A stretch of DNA of 62,548 bases, counting the filler, from Kipferlia bialata (Eukaryota), in NCBI GenBank assembly GCA_003568945.1. It is 4 parts of 4 records of this genome, joined end to end, with 100 filler letters (N's around TTAATTAATTAA, not from the genome) between each part and the next. Parts side by side here need not be neighbours in the genome. Positions count along the whole stretch, not along the records: positions 1 to 17,534 come from BDIP01000527.1; positions 17,635 to 35,122 come from BDIP01000528.1; 2 more parts are not named here. One strand, written 5' to 3'. The notes beneath the pieces are model-generated. The model made no database searches and was not told the origin of the DNA. It saw only the letters and a list, made by a program, of their open reading frames with translations. Both the position numbers and the translations under genes were made by a program. Shown one piece after another: positions 12,301-24,357 of the stretch. Each line of letters begins with the position of its first letter. Position 1 is the first letter of the stretch.

Positions 12301-15300
12301 TCAGTGTCCGGGCATATGTCCTGTCCCCTAACACCCACAGGGCGAGCAGTGCCTTACGGGAGTCAATCTGATGTGAGGCAATCAGTGGTAAACACCACAC
12401 ACTCATAAGGCTGCAAAGACGCTGACATATACACTAACGTGTCACCCGTACCAGCCTCAGCAGCTCATTGAACTCAGTGGGACAGTCCAGGTCAAAGCAC
12501 AGCTTCCAGATACGCTGAAGCACCTGTGTTAGATGAGATATATCACATTGACACACATGTATGGCATCCATTTGTAACCATGTGTATACACACCTCCATA
12601 TGGGGCAGACCAGGCACAGGGTGGAGGCGGGTGAACAGCTGACGGTGAGGGAAGGAAGAAGGTCCATTGAGTAGAGATACCACCCATACCTTGCGTGCCC
12701 TGCCGTCCGTGCTCCTCCTGTCCTGGGGAGGAATGACGCAGTCGGAGACCCTGAGGAACCGAAGCCTGGGGGTTGGTATATGCAACATAACCAGACACTG
12801 CCTCACAGTTAATATGATGTCTCAGAAAGCAATGTCTTCTGACCACTACATCGTTTGTCATATACACACCACTGAAGCACTCACCTGCGCCTATCAACTG
12901 CAACGTCACCCAGGTAGTCAGCACACATGGCTACTACCACGTGTCTCTCCTGCTGTAAGGGGAGCGACTCAATGGGGGTATATGTGTATATACATATATC
13001 CAACCACACCTGGCTGGACAGCTGATGGCACTGGATCCTGCGACTTATGATGGTAGTCAGGTCGTGCTCCAGTCTACTGTACACCACGAGGGTATGGGCG
13101 ACCTCACTGGCTATCTCGTAGGCCTCTTCCTTATCCCTTGGGTCAGACAGACCCATAGGCATTGGAAGAGTGTACAGATGGCGAAAACGGAACGACAATT
13201 GCGATGGAGAGGGGGATTCCCACATACCTGTATGCCTCAAACACCTTCTTCCGGTTTCCAAACCCAACACACAGGTCTCTCTTGCACTCCCTAAAGGATC
13301 GGGACAGAATGCGCTTATCAGTGGTGCGGGGCCTATAGTTGATCGACGGAAGAACTCAAGAGTAGAAACCGGTATTACAATGAACGATATACAACTCATA
13401 CTACTCACCAATACATATACAGAAGATGCAGATTCTCGTATAGTGTATGTATATTATACTGTATCAATTACAACCCACCTCCCCCCAATCCTGAGGAAGC
13501 TTCTCTCGTCTGTAAACTGCAGAATACCCTCTAAAAGGGTGTCCAGTGCCTAGGTTAGGTGAATACCAAATGACGACAGGGTACTACGCAGAATGAATGA
13601 CCATAAGTAATCATACCTGGTTGGTGTATGTGACGATGACGATTGGGCCGTTGATCCGCTGTGTTTGGTGACTCCTCAGAAGCATCTCCAGAGTGAGCTT
13701 GGCCGTGTAGGACTTTCCTGGGGGTCAGGGAAGTAGGGGGCTATGCCCTCCATGAACGATGTCATGCACCACTGTCTGTACCCACCTGTGCCTGGCCCGC
13801 CCCTGATGAGGGTCACCGCACAGTTGTGGGTGTGGCGGAGGGCCTTCATCTGGGTTGGGTCGGCACGACACACAAGGCCTCCTGCCACAGGATATGTTCT
13901 GTCCCTGTGGATCCCTTGGCCGACCTCCCCCTCCCAGCCCATGGTCCTGTTCAGAGTCTTGGGGGCAGGGAGAGGCTCACCTGTGGCAGTCGTGAAGAGC
14001 AGAGACACATCGACATCCTCAGACCTGGGGGTAGTGGACATGCATTTACAATGAGGGTCACAGTCAATAGTCCTGAGTACCCGTACCTGACCCACTTCGG
14101 GGTGGGCATCTCATCATCCACTCCGGCCAGCACCCCTCCGAAGGGTAGGTCGTCAGCGTCCTTGGCCATCAGGTTGTGGATGATGGGGAGGTAGGCAGGC
14201 AGAAGAGGTTCGCTGAAGGCCAGCAGCTGTACACTGCCGCCAAGCAGTCTGTCTAGGCTGACCCCTGACACAGAGGGGGTGTCAGTGAGGACCTCCACGA
14301 CTAGACTGTCCCAGCCCTGCCTCTTGCTGGTGGGTCTCGGACCCTTACCCCTGCCACCACCCGAGAACCGACCCCCCTTCGCAAGTACATCATCCATCTG
14401 ACCTGCGGTAAAGGAGCCTATCTAAGGGTTCTCGCATTCACATACACTCACACAAATGGCGCCTACCTAGAGACATCAGGTGGATGGAGGACTCCCACAT
14501 GTCTGCAGAGGCTACAAGGAGCCTGGGGTCATCAAGAAATGAAAGACACCAAGACAATTCCCACACCGTTTGCAAAGCAGACAATAGCAGTGCCTCCCAC
14601 CTTCCGTACTCCAGCGTGACGGGGTTGGAGTCAGCCGGGTGCTCGAAAGTGATGGTAAACTGCACACGGCTCTGCTGCAAATCAGAGTGGATACCCGAGA
14701 ACCTAGCCTTCCTGTGCGTGAATAGGCAATATCATTCAATACAACCTGGTAAGCAAAGTAGCTTCATCAGCCCCCCCCCCCCCACACACACACACCTGAT
14801 GCACATGATGTCCCTGGGGTCTGGCACCTGGTCGTTACTGAAGAAGGCCCGGGCATGGGTGCGGAGGGGCAGGTTGAAATTAGCCCTAATAGTGAGAAGT
14901 CTAAAGAGAAACACCAGAGCTAACACCATAGTGATCGAGCATCTTGTGACGTATAGTATGAACATACCTCTCTAGGGCCGCATATGTGTTCAACTGGGTG
15001 TCTACACTCACATACTGGGCCTCTACAACAGGCTTGTCCCCTTGTCTCTCCCTCGCTAGCTCCTGTCCGAAGCCGCGCAGACTCTGGGGTGAGTGGACAA
15101 CAGCTGACACACACGATATCACAGACACACACCTCTATGGAGTCCAGAGCTGCCACTTCGTTCCTGGGGACCCCTGAGTAGGTGCCTGAGTAAGATGGAC
15201 AATGGGACTACGAGACAACTCCCACATCACTGCGATTACCCACCTATTCCCGGCTCTCCCTCCTCCACCCGCTCAGCCTGTTCGGCCTCGAGCTCCTTGC

Positions 15301-16501
15301 GCCTGAGGGTGAATAGATGATGGGGGGTCTGACAAATAGAACCACTAAACCTCTCCCTCTAACCTCTTTGCCTCCTCCTGGAGCTTTGCCAATATATCCT
15401 GGACCATTCCGGTATACCCTGGGACCCACATTGTGGCCATCGTGAGAAATGGCTGGTAGGAGAAATGGAGTGAACGAGAACCAAAGACACCTCATCGTAG
15501 AGAGGACAGAACTGAACAAGTAGAAACAATCCCCTGTACCTGCTTGATAGCGATTCCTGCTCCACAGAGTGCAATTGCTCTGTTGAGCAGCTCGATCACA
15601 GACATGACATCCTTCTCAGGAAACAAGGACCTGACATAAGGAGCCAAACAAATGTCAAGTCAGTTGAGACGTGCCCTACCTCCCAGACAGGACATCCTCA
15701 ATGTGGGGACGGGAGAACAGGGCATGGGTCTCGGTCAGACATCTGATCATATTGGCACCTATATCAGTAAAGGGGGTATAGAAGCGAAGGTATACCAAAG
15801 CGTTGAACATGTATCGAGTAGAATGTACAATATGTGAAGAGAAATACTGTACCTATGGTCTCATCTGGACACCTACACAGCAACAGGCACCGCTCCCTCC
15901 TACAGTGAGAGACAGCCAACAATCAACCACGCCATAGGATTCAGAGAACGAGTTGACTGTGACACACATAATGTGGCAGAAGTATATATGTTCCAACCTG
16001 AGTAGACACTGCTTTGAAAGGGGCGCTGAGAAAGCAATGGCATATGCCAGCTTGATGGAGAGCTTGTTTTCCTCTTGGAAGTGGTCAGGCTGGCAGTGAG
16101 GAGGGGCTATTCAAAGAAGCATTGGGAGAGGTCATTGGCACAAGCATTCTCACCCGGAGACTGGCGTGCTCGAACACAGTGTCTATCTCATCTTCCGAGA
16201 CACGCTCCGGCTTGTGTCCCTGGGAGTCGGTGGGTCTGTCCCTGCCTGTGGTGAGATAGACCTGCAGTGCACTCAATCCAAAATAGAATCAGCACTAGCC
16301 TTGGTCCTTTGAAGCCTGCCCACCCCCTTGGCCTCTCCCCTGCCCTCCCTGTCCTCTCTCTCTCTCTCTTCTCTTCCCTCCGCGGCCCTTCCCTCCAATA
16401 TCACCACTATCATTCCTCTTGCCAGAGCCGCGTCTCCCTCCCTTCCCTCTTCCACCTCCTCCTCCCTTCTTTGGTGGGCCTCCACCACCAGTCTTCGTCA
16501 T
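9301..16501 (-). CDS. ZNFX1/Hrr1-like UPF1-family SF1 RNA helicase with C-terminal NF-X1-type zinc fingers; many short introns; 3' end unresolved
   Basis: Helicase motifs: LIRGGPGTGKS (I), VTYTNQALD (Ia), VEEAGE (II), LIGDEQQLRP (III), SMFERL, QYRMRPEI, DDYQGQENKVVLVSLCRS, RALVTLSRAK (VI). These are followed by repeated CGHTCPLPCH / LECGHPCPLPC / LPCKHTCTGTC / LGCGHICGGQC fingers. The start (ATG 16501, Gly/Arg-rich first exon) is tentative. Confidence 0.88.
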
Positions 16502-16680
16502 AACAGACCTCGTAGTACCTTCCGGGCGAGGCAAGGAGATGGCTGAAGGTTAGCGGCAGCGTCTGCACCCTTCTTTTTGCACTTAGTGCCAAGGCTTGGA
16601 CCAAGCGCTGGTGCTGTTCAAGACTTGCTCTCTTGCTGACTGGACGACCACAGCTTATCACTTAGAACCTTGCCTTGCGT

Positions 16681-17305
16681 ATGCTGGACAAACCTGCTGC
16701 CAAGGTCATCGGACCTAGGGAGTTTCAGGATGTACTGAGCGAGTACCCCCAGGTGATGGAGATGCTTATGTGGATGTATATGCGGTAGTGATTGCGTGTA
16801 TCTGTGACCACCGTGTTCCGTCTAGGGCCAGTGTTCGTGGCATATATACTGACGTTGTGACGTATCCACACATCGGGTCCTTTGGTACTGTATCTCTGTG
16901 TGTTGACCTATCATTGTGCCTGCAGTATCATATGGTATATATTTGAGTTCACTTTTGCTTATAGGGAAGTCATTCACTAGGATAATGGGAGGCCACACAT
17001 ATTCATTATGAGACATTTGCATGTCTGAGTCTTATCTTCAGAGCGCCTCTTCCATTCGTCCACTGTGCTGTATATGATTGTATGTGACTCTATGTATATA
17101 TATATGTGCTGTCAACTCCCCTGTATTCACTATGTACTGTTATCCCACTCCTAGCTGACCCCAGGGCTTCTATGACTACGAGCAGCTGAGGCTGACGTAC
17201 TCCGACCAGGAGATCTACTACATCTACCGCAAGATTGGCCGCGGCAAGTACTCCGATGTGTTTGAGGGGTACAACGCATACACAGACTCCATGGTCGTCA
17301 TCAAG
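16681..17305 (+). CDS. Casein kinase II alpha catalytic subunit, N-terminal part (exons 16681-16752, 17165-17305; truncated by contig end)
   Basis: MLDKPAAKVIGPREFQDVLSEYPQ|GFYDYEQLRLTYSDQEIYYIYRKIGRGKYSDVFEGYNAYTDSMVVIK shows the CK2-diagnostic YDYE...RKxGRGKYSxVFEG motif. Confidence 0.9.
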
Positions 17306-17490
17306 GTGGGGATTGAGTGTGTATGCTAGTAGTATATCAATGTGTTGGGGCAATGGCTGTGTGAGTGATGGGATGTCATGGGATACACTATTGACATGTG
17401 GCATCCTATACATTGTGTCCTCATTCCCACTTGGCGTTCGCTTTTGCTTATACTTCCTTGTAGAATTTATGGCTACTTCATCCCTCTCTC

Positions 17491-17534
<44 letters not shown>

Positions 17535-17634
17535 NNNNNNNNNNNNNNNNNNNNNNNNNNNNNNNNNNNNNNNNNNNNTTAATTAATTAANNNNNNNNNN
17601 NNNNNNNNNNNNNNNNNNNNNNNNNNNNNNNNNN
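17535..17634. other. Artificial contig-joining linker
   Basis: An N-run around TTAATTAATTAA (stop codons in all six frames). The same 100-nt structure occurs three times. Confidence 0.97.
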
Positions 17635-18397
17635 CCGAATTCTCTGACCGTGACCCTCATCACGAAGTGAGGGTTTGGTATCACCGGGTGATCTGTCTCC
17701 CAAGACTGATGTTGACCCCCCTCCTCCACGGTCGATATGGTGCATTCTGACTCAGGTATGGGGTTGCAGCTACTGTTGTGGGTCTACGTGATCATATTTA
17801 TGTTCCATTTGGCCTTACACATTCACTTCTTGTCTTGTGAGTGGTCTTGCTGTTCATATTGTTGTCCCGATACGTTCTCCTCGTCTTTTACCTGCCAGAG
17901 GACTCATTAATCAGCCTACACTCATACGTAATCGGCTGTTTAGGGTATCTGCTTATCTAAACATTCCTCTTGATTACTTCTGAATTACTGAACTGCGAGG
18001 TATTGTCCATATCGGTGTCAGTTACTGTCTGGAGAATTGTGCTTACTATTCAATACATCATCTATTCCTACCTAATGAATACTCAACAATCATGGACACT
18101 ACGTTGGAAATCACTTCAATTTGGGTATGGTGTTGTGCAAAGTGATATTCTGTTGGTGTATGTACTGCAGTGTCTGGTCTCACCACCAGCCTCCCTCACT
18201 GAGCGTGACAGCTCATACGCACACAACAAGGACGAAAACTGGGTGTACGTACCACGTCTCTCTCTCTCTCTCTCTCCCTCTCCCTCTCTCTTGTCTGGTG
18301 TTCGTGGTGTCATTTAGAGTATCTTCCATTCTTACACGTTGACCCCTTCTCAGATTCATAGATTCTGTCTTGGTTCTCTCTCTCTCTCTAACCCCAG

Positions 18398-18942
18398 GTA
18401 CGGACCCTCTGACTACAAGACCCCCTTTGACTTTGTCAACGATGTCATTGAGTCACATGGGGAGACGGAGTCATTTATGGCGGTCAACCTCACAGCGGTG
18501 AAGGTATGACATATGCATGCATGCAGTATATTTGGATATATTGGATATTATAGAGGTATGCCATATGCATGCCACTCAGAGATGATCCACCCCCCCCTCT
18601 CACCCCCCAGCACCAGGTTGCCCAATATATATACTTGGAGTGGCATGTAATCTTCTCTGTACACATTCCCACTATCATTCTCTATGATGTCTGGTATGCG
18701 CACTTTCCCCCCAGAACCAGGTTGCCCATTGAAGGTAGTATATGTAGTATATATATGGATANNNNNNNNNNNNNNNNNNNNNNNNNNNNNNNNNNNNNNN
18801 NNNNNNNNNNNNNNNATATAGTATACTATGATCCACCCCTCCCTCTCACCCCCCAGAACCAGGTTGCCCAGTGGAGACGGGAGCTGCCGATGGTGGATCC
18901 CTACTATGCTGTCAAGTGCAACCCAAACCCAGGTATATATAT

Positions 18943-18991
<49 letters not shown>

Positions 18992-21900
18992 TAGATAGTC
19001 ATCAGTGATTACTATGCTGTCAAGTGCAACCCCAACCCAGGTACCTAATAGATGTGTACTATAATCAATACAACATATATCAATACATATAGATCTATAT
19101 ATAAATATATATGTGTGTGTGTATATTTAGACACTCACCCAGCCATCATCAAGACCCTCGCTGCCCTAGGGGTGGGGTTCGACTGTGCTACCATGGGGTA
19201 TGTGACTCCCCCCCTCCCCCTCCCTCTCCCTCTCTCTCTCTCTTCCTCTCTGGGTTAATTGTTGTATATGTCCCTCGCTGTGGGTATCATTTCTTTCTTC
19301 CCTCTCACCCCCCAGTGAGATCTCCACCATTATCGACATGAGACAGGGGCACAAGAAGGTACATTGTATTTGAGTGTTCACTCCATTGCTAAATACCTCT
19401 CTCTCTCTCCCCCCTCAGGCATTGTCAAGACAGTCTGTCTCTCTCTCTCTCCCTCCCTTCCTCCCTCTACCCGCTCCCTCCCTCCCACCCCCAGGTCATT
19501 GTCAAGACAGGCCACCCCCACCAGCCACAGACACTGTACGTCACCCACATGTATATTTACACCCATATATATATCTGTCTCTCTGTCACCCTATCCCTAT
19601 ATAATACCCCCAAGTGATGTCACACTGTACGTCACTACTATCTTTCTCTCTCATTCACCGTCCCATCTCCCTTTACTATCTGCCCCCTCACCCCCTACTG
19701 ACGTCCCTCGAGTTTACACACCATATTCTATCTCTTTGTATCCTCTTCGACACCTCATCTCTAGTGACGCCCCTGTGGCAGGGTGGCCAGAGGCATACCT
19801 CCTATATCGATAAGTATACGTACTATATACTATTTACTATTTACTATATACTATATATATCTATTCATATGTAACCCCTAGCGATGCCCCCCTCGATGTG
19901 GCAGGGTGGCCAGAGGCATACCCCAAGATAGTGTATGCACACCCAGCAAAGATGGTCCCACACCTCATGTGCGTCCATAAATCTCTCTCTCTCTCTCTGT
20001 AATTCCTTCTCTCCCGCTCTCTGGATATTATTGGATACCTATATATATATATATGAGGATACATACCCTAATTACCAGGTATGCCCGGGACAACAACGTC
20101 AACCTGACAGTCTTCGATGGAGAGGTAGGCATCACTGGTGTATATATAGATATTATACTGTTGTGTATGTTTCTAATTACGCCCTTTCCCCTATCACCCA
20201 GGACGAGCTGGACAGGTTGGCAGCCTTTAGTAGTATACATATATTGTTACTAGGCCTAGTAGTATATCTAACCCCCAGGACGAGCTGCACAAGATGGCAG
20301 CCATCCCAGACCAGCAGTACCAACTGCTGATGAGACTGACCACAGACGATGCATCATCACTCTGCCAGTTCAGTGCTAAGGTATAGATGTATCAAACCAA
20401 ACACACACACACATATACATATATATATATATATTTACCGACACATAATACACAACTTCATCTCTCTGCCAGTTCAGTGCTAAGGTGGGTAGATATATAC
20501 ATTAGTACGCATGATAGTACATGCAAATTCACACTCTTGCACGTTTGGTAATAGATTTTTATTTTTACACTGAGACATAGTTCTATTTACATAGTACTGG
20601 TTCTGACCCCAGTTTGGCGCCGATGTTGACCAGGCCCCCCACCTGCTCTCCGTAGCCAAGGAACTCGGCCTCAAGGTACACACACTAATACAAATACACT
20701 AATACATACTCTGTTGTACTGTATACATAGTTATAGTGTACATGATACTGTATCTACATACATGTGCCAAGGACCTCGGCCTCAAGGTGTGCTCACAAAC
20801 ACATACCACATGCTGTATATACTCTAGTTGTGTAATAGGATGCTATTACCGGACAATGACCACACTCATCCCCCAGGTCGTGGGTGTCTCCTTCCATGTC
20901 GGATCCAACTGTGGGGATCCAGGTGGGGTGATCATATATATATACCTATACAGTATATGCCACACATGTATATAGTATATATATATTGTATCTACTTGTC
21001 GGATATATCTGTGGGGACCCGGGTTGGTGGTATATACAGTATGTATAGTACCGAAATCATATAGAGTAGCGTGAGGCCGTGTACCCTTCATGTGAATGTT
21101 TCTGACCCCCCAGGTGCCTACCAGACATCCCTGGACCATGCCGCCAGGGTGTTCAGGGCAGCGAAGGTATATAGATATATATATATACATATATATACAT
21201 ATAGGTCTCTCTCTCTCTCTATCTCTTTGTCTCTGGACCATGCCGCCAGGGTGTTCAAGGCAGCCGAGGTATGTATACGTGTATATATATATATACATTC
21301 ATATATATAGGTCTCTCTCTCTCTCTATCTCTTTGTCTCTGGACCATGCTGCCAGGGTGTTCAGGGCAGCGGAGGTATGTATACGTGTATGTAAATATGT
21401 GTCTTTCTCTCTCTCTCTCTCATAGTATCTCACACTCTAGGACCCAGGCCTCCCACCTGTCTCCATCGTCGACATCAGTCTCTCTCTATATATATGTATA
21501 TATATTAATAGTATTATATATATACATACCTCTCACCCAGGACCTAGGCCTCCCACCCCTCTCCATCGTTGACATTGGGGGTGGCTTCCCTGGTGACCAC
21601 TCTGGCAAGTGGGGACCTCTGCCCACATTCAGTCACATCGCATCAACAGTCAGGTGTTTGCCAGCGTCTCTCCCTCTCTCTCACGCTATCAAGTATTTCA
21701 CCAAACCACGTCGATCTTTAGAAGTATGTGTTATCCTCACCTGACCTCCAGATCTGCCATCTCCCACTTCTGCACCTCACTCGATGTCACCCCTGCTTTT
21801 GTCCACACACCTACTAGTGGGGCAGCACCAGAGGCAGAGGGACGCCAGGTACATATATATATGTATATGTATATATACGTGTGTAGGTATTTGAATATGT

Positions 21901-23433
21901 ACGGTCTTTCTAATTCATCCTGGTTAGGTTCATTGCTCAGTGGTTCTTTGAGCCTTTCTACGTAATGTGGATAATCTCTTTGATCACCAAAGTCAGGTTC
22001 ATTCCCATATATACTCTCTCTCTCTCTCTCTCTATGTATTTAACCTCTAGGTCAGGTTCATTGCTGAGCCCGGCAGATACATGGTGTCAGCATCCACAGT
22101 CGTGGCCACACAGGTGCATTCACATATAGTATATGTATACACATTCACCGACATCTATATGTACACTATCTATCGCCCTCTGACCCCCCAGGTCTATGCC
22201 AGGAAGAGACTGAATGTGTACATTCACACATACTATTCATACTCATATGTCTATCTTACTGACACTGACACTGATATTGAGACTGACATCAGGTCTATGC
22301 CAGGAAGAGACTGGATGTGGGCACAGACCAAGAGTCACAGGTACACTGATACAGAGCATATGTATACATATCTATATATACATACTGATAGATGTGTATG
22401 GTGTGTGTATATCTATATGAGCTATGTTGTGGACACAGACCAAGAGTCACAGGTACACTGTGACTCTGTGACTGTGACAGGTACAGAACATATATAATAT
22501 TGTATACATATGATTGGATAACGTATCTATGTGTTTGTATACATACTCAGAGCTAAGTTGTGGGCAAATACCAAGATTCACAGGTATGACAGTGTTGATC
22601 ATATACATGGTCATATATATACATATAGAGACTCATCCGTATACATATACTCACTCTAAGGCCCTGTACACCGACGACGGGTGCTACGGTTCCTTTAACA
22701 ATGTGCTGCTGGATGAGCCCTACAGACCTGTGCCCCTGAGACTCAAGACCCTCATGGGGGGGAAGCCCAACAAGGTAATACTGTTGTGTGTATACTGGAG
22801 AGTACTTAGTGGTATCAAAACTCTTGTGAAGTCTCCTTCTTATCCCCAGGCCGTGGCCACCTCCATCTTCTCTCTCTCTCTAACTCTAGGCTGTAGCCAC
22901 GTACCTCTTCTCTACCCCGCTTCCTCTCCTCTTATTATATTGTCCTCTATATATGTATCCTTCTAACTCCAGGCAGTAGCCACCTCCATCTTTGGCCCCA
23001 CCTGTGATGGCATCCATCTTCACTCTCTCTGTCTGTCATTCTCTCTCTCTCTCTCTCTAACTCCAGGCCGTGGCCACCTCCATCTTCGGCCCCACCTGTG
23101 ACGGCATCGATGTCATGTGCAAGGCGGGGGAGACACAGTTCGAGAGATGCGAGGTATGCACTATGACAGTATACTACCTCTCTCTCTCTCTCCCTCCCTG
23201 CCTCTCTCTTTTCACTCACCCCTAGGTTGGCGACTGGCTGGTCTTTGAGCACATGGGGGCATACACGGTGAGTGGTACTATACACTGTACACAGTATGTG
23301 AATTCCGTATATCGTGTGGCACCACTGGTGAATCTGCGACTTGCCTTTCTGCCTAACCCTCCAGCACACTGCGTCCTTTGTGTTCAATGGCTACACCCAC
23401 ATCCCTGCCCACCTGCACTATGTGCTAGAGTGA
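18398..23433 (+). CDS. ODC1: Ornithine decarboxylase (group IV PLP-dependent decarboxylase), about 20 exons; probable extra 5' exons at ~17665-17755 and ~18171-18248
   Basis: Spliced motifs: PYYAVKCNPNP (PLP lysine), GVGFDCAT, KIVYAHPAK, SAKFGA, VGVSFHVGS, DIGGGFPG, FIAEPGRY, DDGCYGSFN, SIFGPTCDGID, GDWLVFEHMGAYT, FNGY. Stop TGA at 23431-23433. Confidence 0.95.
18762..18815. other. Scaffold gap inside an ODC intron
   Basis: N-run without the linker. Confidence 0.9.
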
Positions 23434-23791
23434 GTAAAGGGTGTAGGGAGAGAGAGAGATAGAGAGAGAGACAGAGAGAGGAAGAGAGAGAGGGAGTGAG
23501 TCTGGTCACCAGACCCACTTAGTTTAGTACGGTTTCATAGTAGTATGTGTTTGTGTGTTCCGTGTACTCTGTGGCAGATTAGTTACACAGTCAGTGCACT
23601 TCTAGCAGTAGTCTAGAGTAGTATAGTATATATAGTAGTAGGAGACTGTTAGAGTGTACATGCCAGCCTAAACCATCCAATGTCCATGTTGGTCATCCAT
23701 CCACCCTGGTGTACCATATACCTTAGCAGTATGAGTATGAGTATCAGTATATATATATATATATATCATATATATACCTTAGCAGAGTGGA

Positions 23792-24305
23792 TCATGACCA
23801 ACTACCTCTAGGGGCAGAGGAGTTAGTAGAGGATAGCATACATCTAATAGATTGAGTCTTCAACCGAGTACATTGAAGTGAGTGTTCAAGTCTATACAAA
23901 TCTATTCCACGCTTCCACTAGACACTCTACATCTATCGTACACATACTGGTCGGAAACGACCAATACTCTCTTTCCTCCAACCCACTAAATGCATACACA
24001 CTTAGCCACTCACTCTCTCTTGAGCATACACCCTTGTGTACACTCCCTATGCATACACCCTCAACACCCACGTGTCATGCTCCTCCAGTGTACTTACTTG
24101 CTCACACCCTTACGCTCTAGGTATACACCCTCACATCCTAGGAATACACACACTCTATGTGTATACCCTGAGCACCCACGTGTCATGCTCCTCCAGTATC
24201 ATGCCCACCTCCTGGCCCTGGTATACAGTGAATGTGGTACCAGCAAAGACATCAAGCACAGTGGCTGATGGGGTATCGAGACCTACTCATTAGTATACAG
24301 CGTAT

Positions 24306-24357
<52 letters not shown>

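Noticed and set aside
16539..16680. Separate small gene starting ATG GCT GAA G|GT upstream of CK2
   Set aside because: No convincing spliced product could be built. It may be leader sequence or an extra CK2 exon.
17535..17634. TTAATTAATTAA palindrome as a biological element
   Set aside because: It is an identical N-flanked linker occurring three times. The complete contigs between linkers are 17488 and 17487 nt, consistent with length-sorted concatenation, so gene neighbourhoods across linkers are meaningless.
17635..18250. Polyamine-sensing upstream conserved coding region (PPW-type uORF) before ODC
   Set aside because: A DPPPPRSIW frame exists but has no PPW or PS-stop motif. It looks like an N-terminal exon, and the 5' end is cut by the contig edge.
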